A stretch of DNA of 32,000 nt from Candidatus Saccharimonadota bacterium (GTDB lineage: Bacteria; Patescibacteriota; Gracilibacteria; BD1-5; UBA6164). Below, piece after piece: positions 30,447 to 32,000 of this stretch. The position numbers and the translations under genes are program-made. The stretch covers positions 180,001-212,000 of the forward strand of contig CP042461.1 in assembly GCA_004563595.2 (NCBI GenBank). The letters are read 5' to 3'. Every line of letters starts with the position of its first letter. Position 1 is the stretch's first letter. A model generated the notes under the pieces. That model was not told where the DNA came from. It made no database searches and was given only the letters and a program-made list of their open reading frames with translations.

Positions 30447-30490
30447 GGATTTTGATTTTAGATTTTTTTTGTTAGTATAAGTAGAATTAA
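30447..30490 (+). promoter_or_regulatory. promoter-like module, copy 2 (TTGATT-N17-GTATAAG)
   Basis: ggattttgattttagattttttttgttagtataagtagaattaa. Confidence 0.4.
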
Positions 30491-30506
30491 TTAATAAATA
30501 GTGCAT

Positions 30507-30764
30507 ATGAAAAAATTATATATGGCATATGTCTGAGGAGATTCAAAAGATAGATTGATTGAAGATCATGAAATTATTTTTGTTGTGGCTGAAAATCCTG
30601 CAGATGCTAAAAGAATAGCTAAGGAAAAAACTGTTTTAACATCAGGAGTGCATGTTGATGTTATGTCAGAAATCAAAAATATAGATGGCTATGATATATC
30701 TCTTAATAAATCTGATAATAAAGAAGAGATAGTAAAAGTTTTAGGTTATTACACAGATATTTAA
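30507..30764 (+). CDS. DUF1543-like small protein, 85 aa
   Basis: MKKLYMAYVGGDSKDRLIEDHEIIFVVAENPADAKRIAKEK matches the pattern I remember for the DUF1543 N-terminus (LYM.YLGG....IE.HD..FVV). Track ORF 30555..30764 is in frame. Confidence 0.45.
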
Positions 30765-30784
30765 TATTATTTTTCAAAAAAATC

Positions 30785-31231
30785 ATGGATAAGAATTTTA
30801 AAATTGCTGCAAGATTAATTATCTTAAAAAATGATAAAATTTTGTTATGTGAAATGTGAGATGTATGGTGATTACCAGGGTGACAGGTTGAGTGGTGAGA
30901 AAATATTATTGATACTTTAAAAAGAGAGTCAGTTGAAGAATTATGAATTGAAGCTATTTTTGATGAAGTCGCATTTACACAAGACTATATTGATATAGAT
31001 CAAAATATACATTGTTTAGAATACTTTTGTTTAATAAAAAATGATAATGATTTTAAGCAGGTAGTTAATACATATCATAATTCATCGCATGCTCATGAGT
31101 TGTATGATTTACAATGGTTTGATATGAATAGTATCCCAATTACAATGATGCCACAGAACTTCTTACCTACATTAAATGAAATTATAAATAATAGAATAGA
31201 TTTTAAATTTAGATATATTTCTCAAATATAA
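30785..31231 (+). CDS. Nudix hydrolase, 148 aa
   Basis: Nudix box: GLPGGQVEWGENIIDTLKRESVEELGIE (GX5EX7REUXEEXGU). Three of the box Gly are TGA. Confidence 0.85.
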
Positions 31232-31338
31232 GCATGATAAGGCATTCTGAAATGCTAGAATAATTAGTTGTGTATTATATGTTATAATAGGAGGTGAAAA
31301 AATGCCACGGTTTGAATATATTAATAATAAAAAAATAT

Positions 31339-31830
31339 ATGTGATGAGATAATATTTCTTCAATTGATTTAAAAATTTTACCAAACTTGATTAAAGAAGC
31401 TAAAAAATCAGATAGAAAAAGAATTATGTATTGTCTACATAATTCTGTTGATAGTATGTTGCATACTATGGTTAATGTTATATATAAAGATTCTTATATC
31501 TGCCCACATAAACATTTAGTAGATGATGGGTGCCAAGTTATTAAGAAATGAGAATCATATTTAATATTAGATTGAAAAGGTAAATTATTATTTTTTGATG
31601 ATAACTGAATTATTGAAAAAGTAATAGATATAGATGCAAATAAATGAAGTATGGTATTAGTTCCAGAAGGAGTTTGGCATAGTATTATATCAATTTCTGA
31701 GTATATAGTTATATTTGAAAATAAAACATGACCGTGGGAAGAATGAAAAGATAAAGTATTTCATGATAAATTCCCATTAGAAGGAGAAGATTGAGTGAAT
31801 AAAGTATTAGGTGAATGGTATAGTATATAA
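31339..31830 (+). CDS. WbuC-family cupin-fold protein, 163 aa (start at ATG 31339; GTG 31294 is also in frame)
   Basis: Reads KKSDRKRIMYCLHNS.DSMLHTMVNVIYKDSYICPHKH..., then GESYLILDGKG.LLFFDDNG and VLVPEGVWHSI. This is a cupin pattern typical of the WbuC family. Confidence 0.6.
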
Positions 31831-31839
31831 AAAATAAAT

Positions 31840-32000
31840 ATGAAATTACAAATTTGAGAAAGAATATTTGAAATAGAATTAAATAGTTCGATATTAGCAC
31901 AAAAAATTTTTAATCATCTTCCATTACAACTAGAGGTGAATGGAAGATATTGAGATGAAATATATACGTTAACTGATTTTGGATTTCCTTTAGATGAAAA
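31840..32000 (+). CDS. cyclophilin-like fold protein (PF04126-type), 5' partial; runs off the window
   Basis: MKLQIGERIFEIELNSSILAQKIFNHLPLQLEVNGRYGDEIYTL matches the family pattern (..A.L.....A..I...LP......WGDEIYF). Confidence 0.5.

Noticed and set aside
1-32000. Reading the frequent in-frame TGAs as evidence of pseudogenes or frameshifts, or as Trp (table 4, Mycoplasma-like).
   Set aside because: Frames never shift at the TGAs, and the TGAs coincide with invariant Gly positions in many unrelated families. TGG-TGA encodes the WG dipeptide, so Trp-Trp would make no sense.

Overview
AT-rich 32 kb window that only makes sense if TGA is read as glycine (translation table 25: Absconditabacteria/SR1 or Gracilibacteria, CPR/Patescibacteria). 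The supplied standard-code ORF track is therefore fragmented and often shows the wrong strand. Hand re-translation with only TAA/TAG as stops gives 26 tightly packed CDS and one tRNA. Housekeeping genes are rsmI, a fused gamma/alpha plus beta 2-oxoacid:ferredoxin oxidoreductase, a PLD-family enzyme, dnaJ, ssb, lepB, truB, tRNA-Lys(UUU), a Nudix hydrolase and a cupin. The standout content is five paralogous type IV pilin-like genes (four in tandem at 10381-18811, one inverted at 25085-26647). Each has a canonical prepilin N-terminus and a conserved about 270-290 aa pilin module, fused to a swappable C-terminal binding domain. Three carry a 10-repeat RCC1-like beta-propeller, one a Fibrobacter-type FISUMP domain, and one a fibrinogen-like YCxxxxxGGGW domain. 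Between them lie ssb and an 1827 aa multi-PKD surface protein with a Lys/Glu-rich tail carrying five PDWLK motifs. Together this looks like a host or prey attachment locus of an episymbiotic or predatory CPR bacterium, with no close described equivalent that I know of. Secondary observations: a roughly 1.1 kb segment after tRNA-Lys bracketed by a duplicated tRNA-end/terminator repeat, carrying a GHKL-ATPase fragment and a STAS-like gene; a TGA-free membrane gene; and repeated promoter-like modules. All coordinates come from manual translation. No database search was possible, so domain names are motif-level calls.
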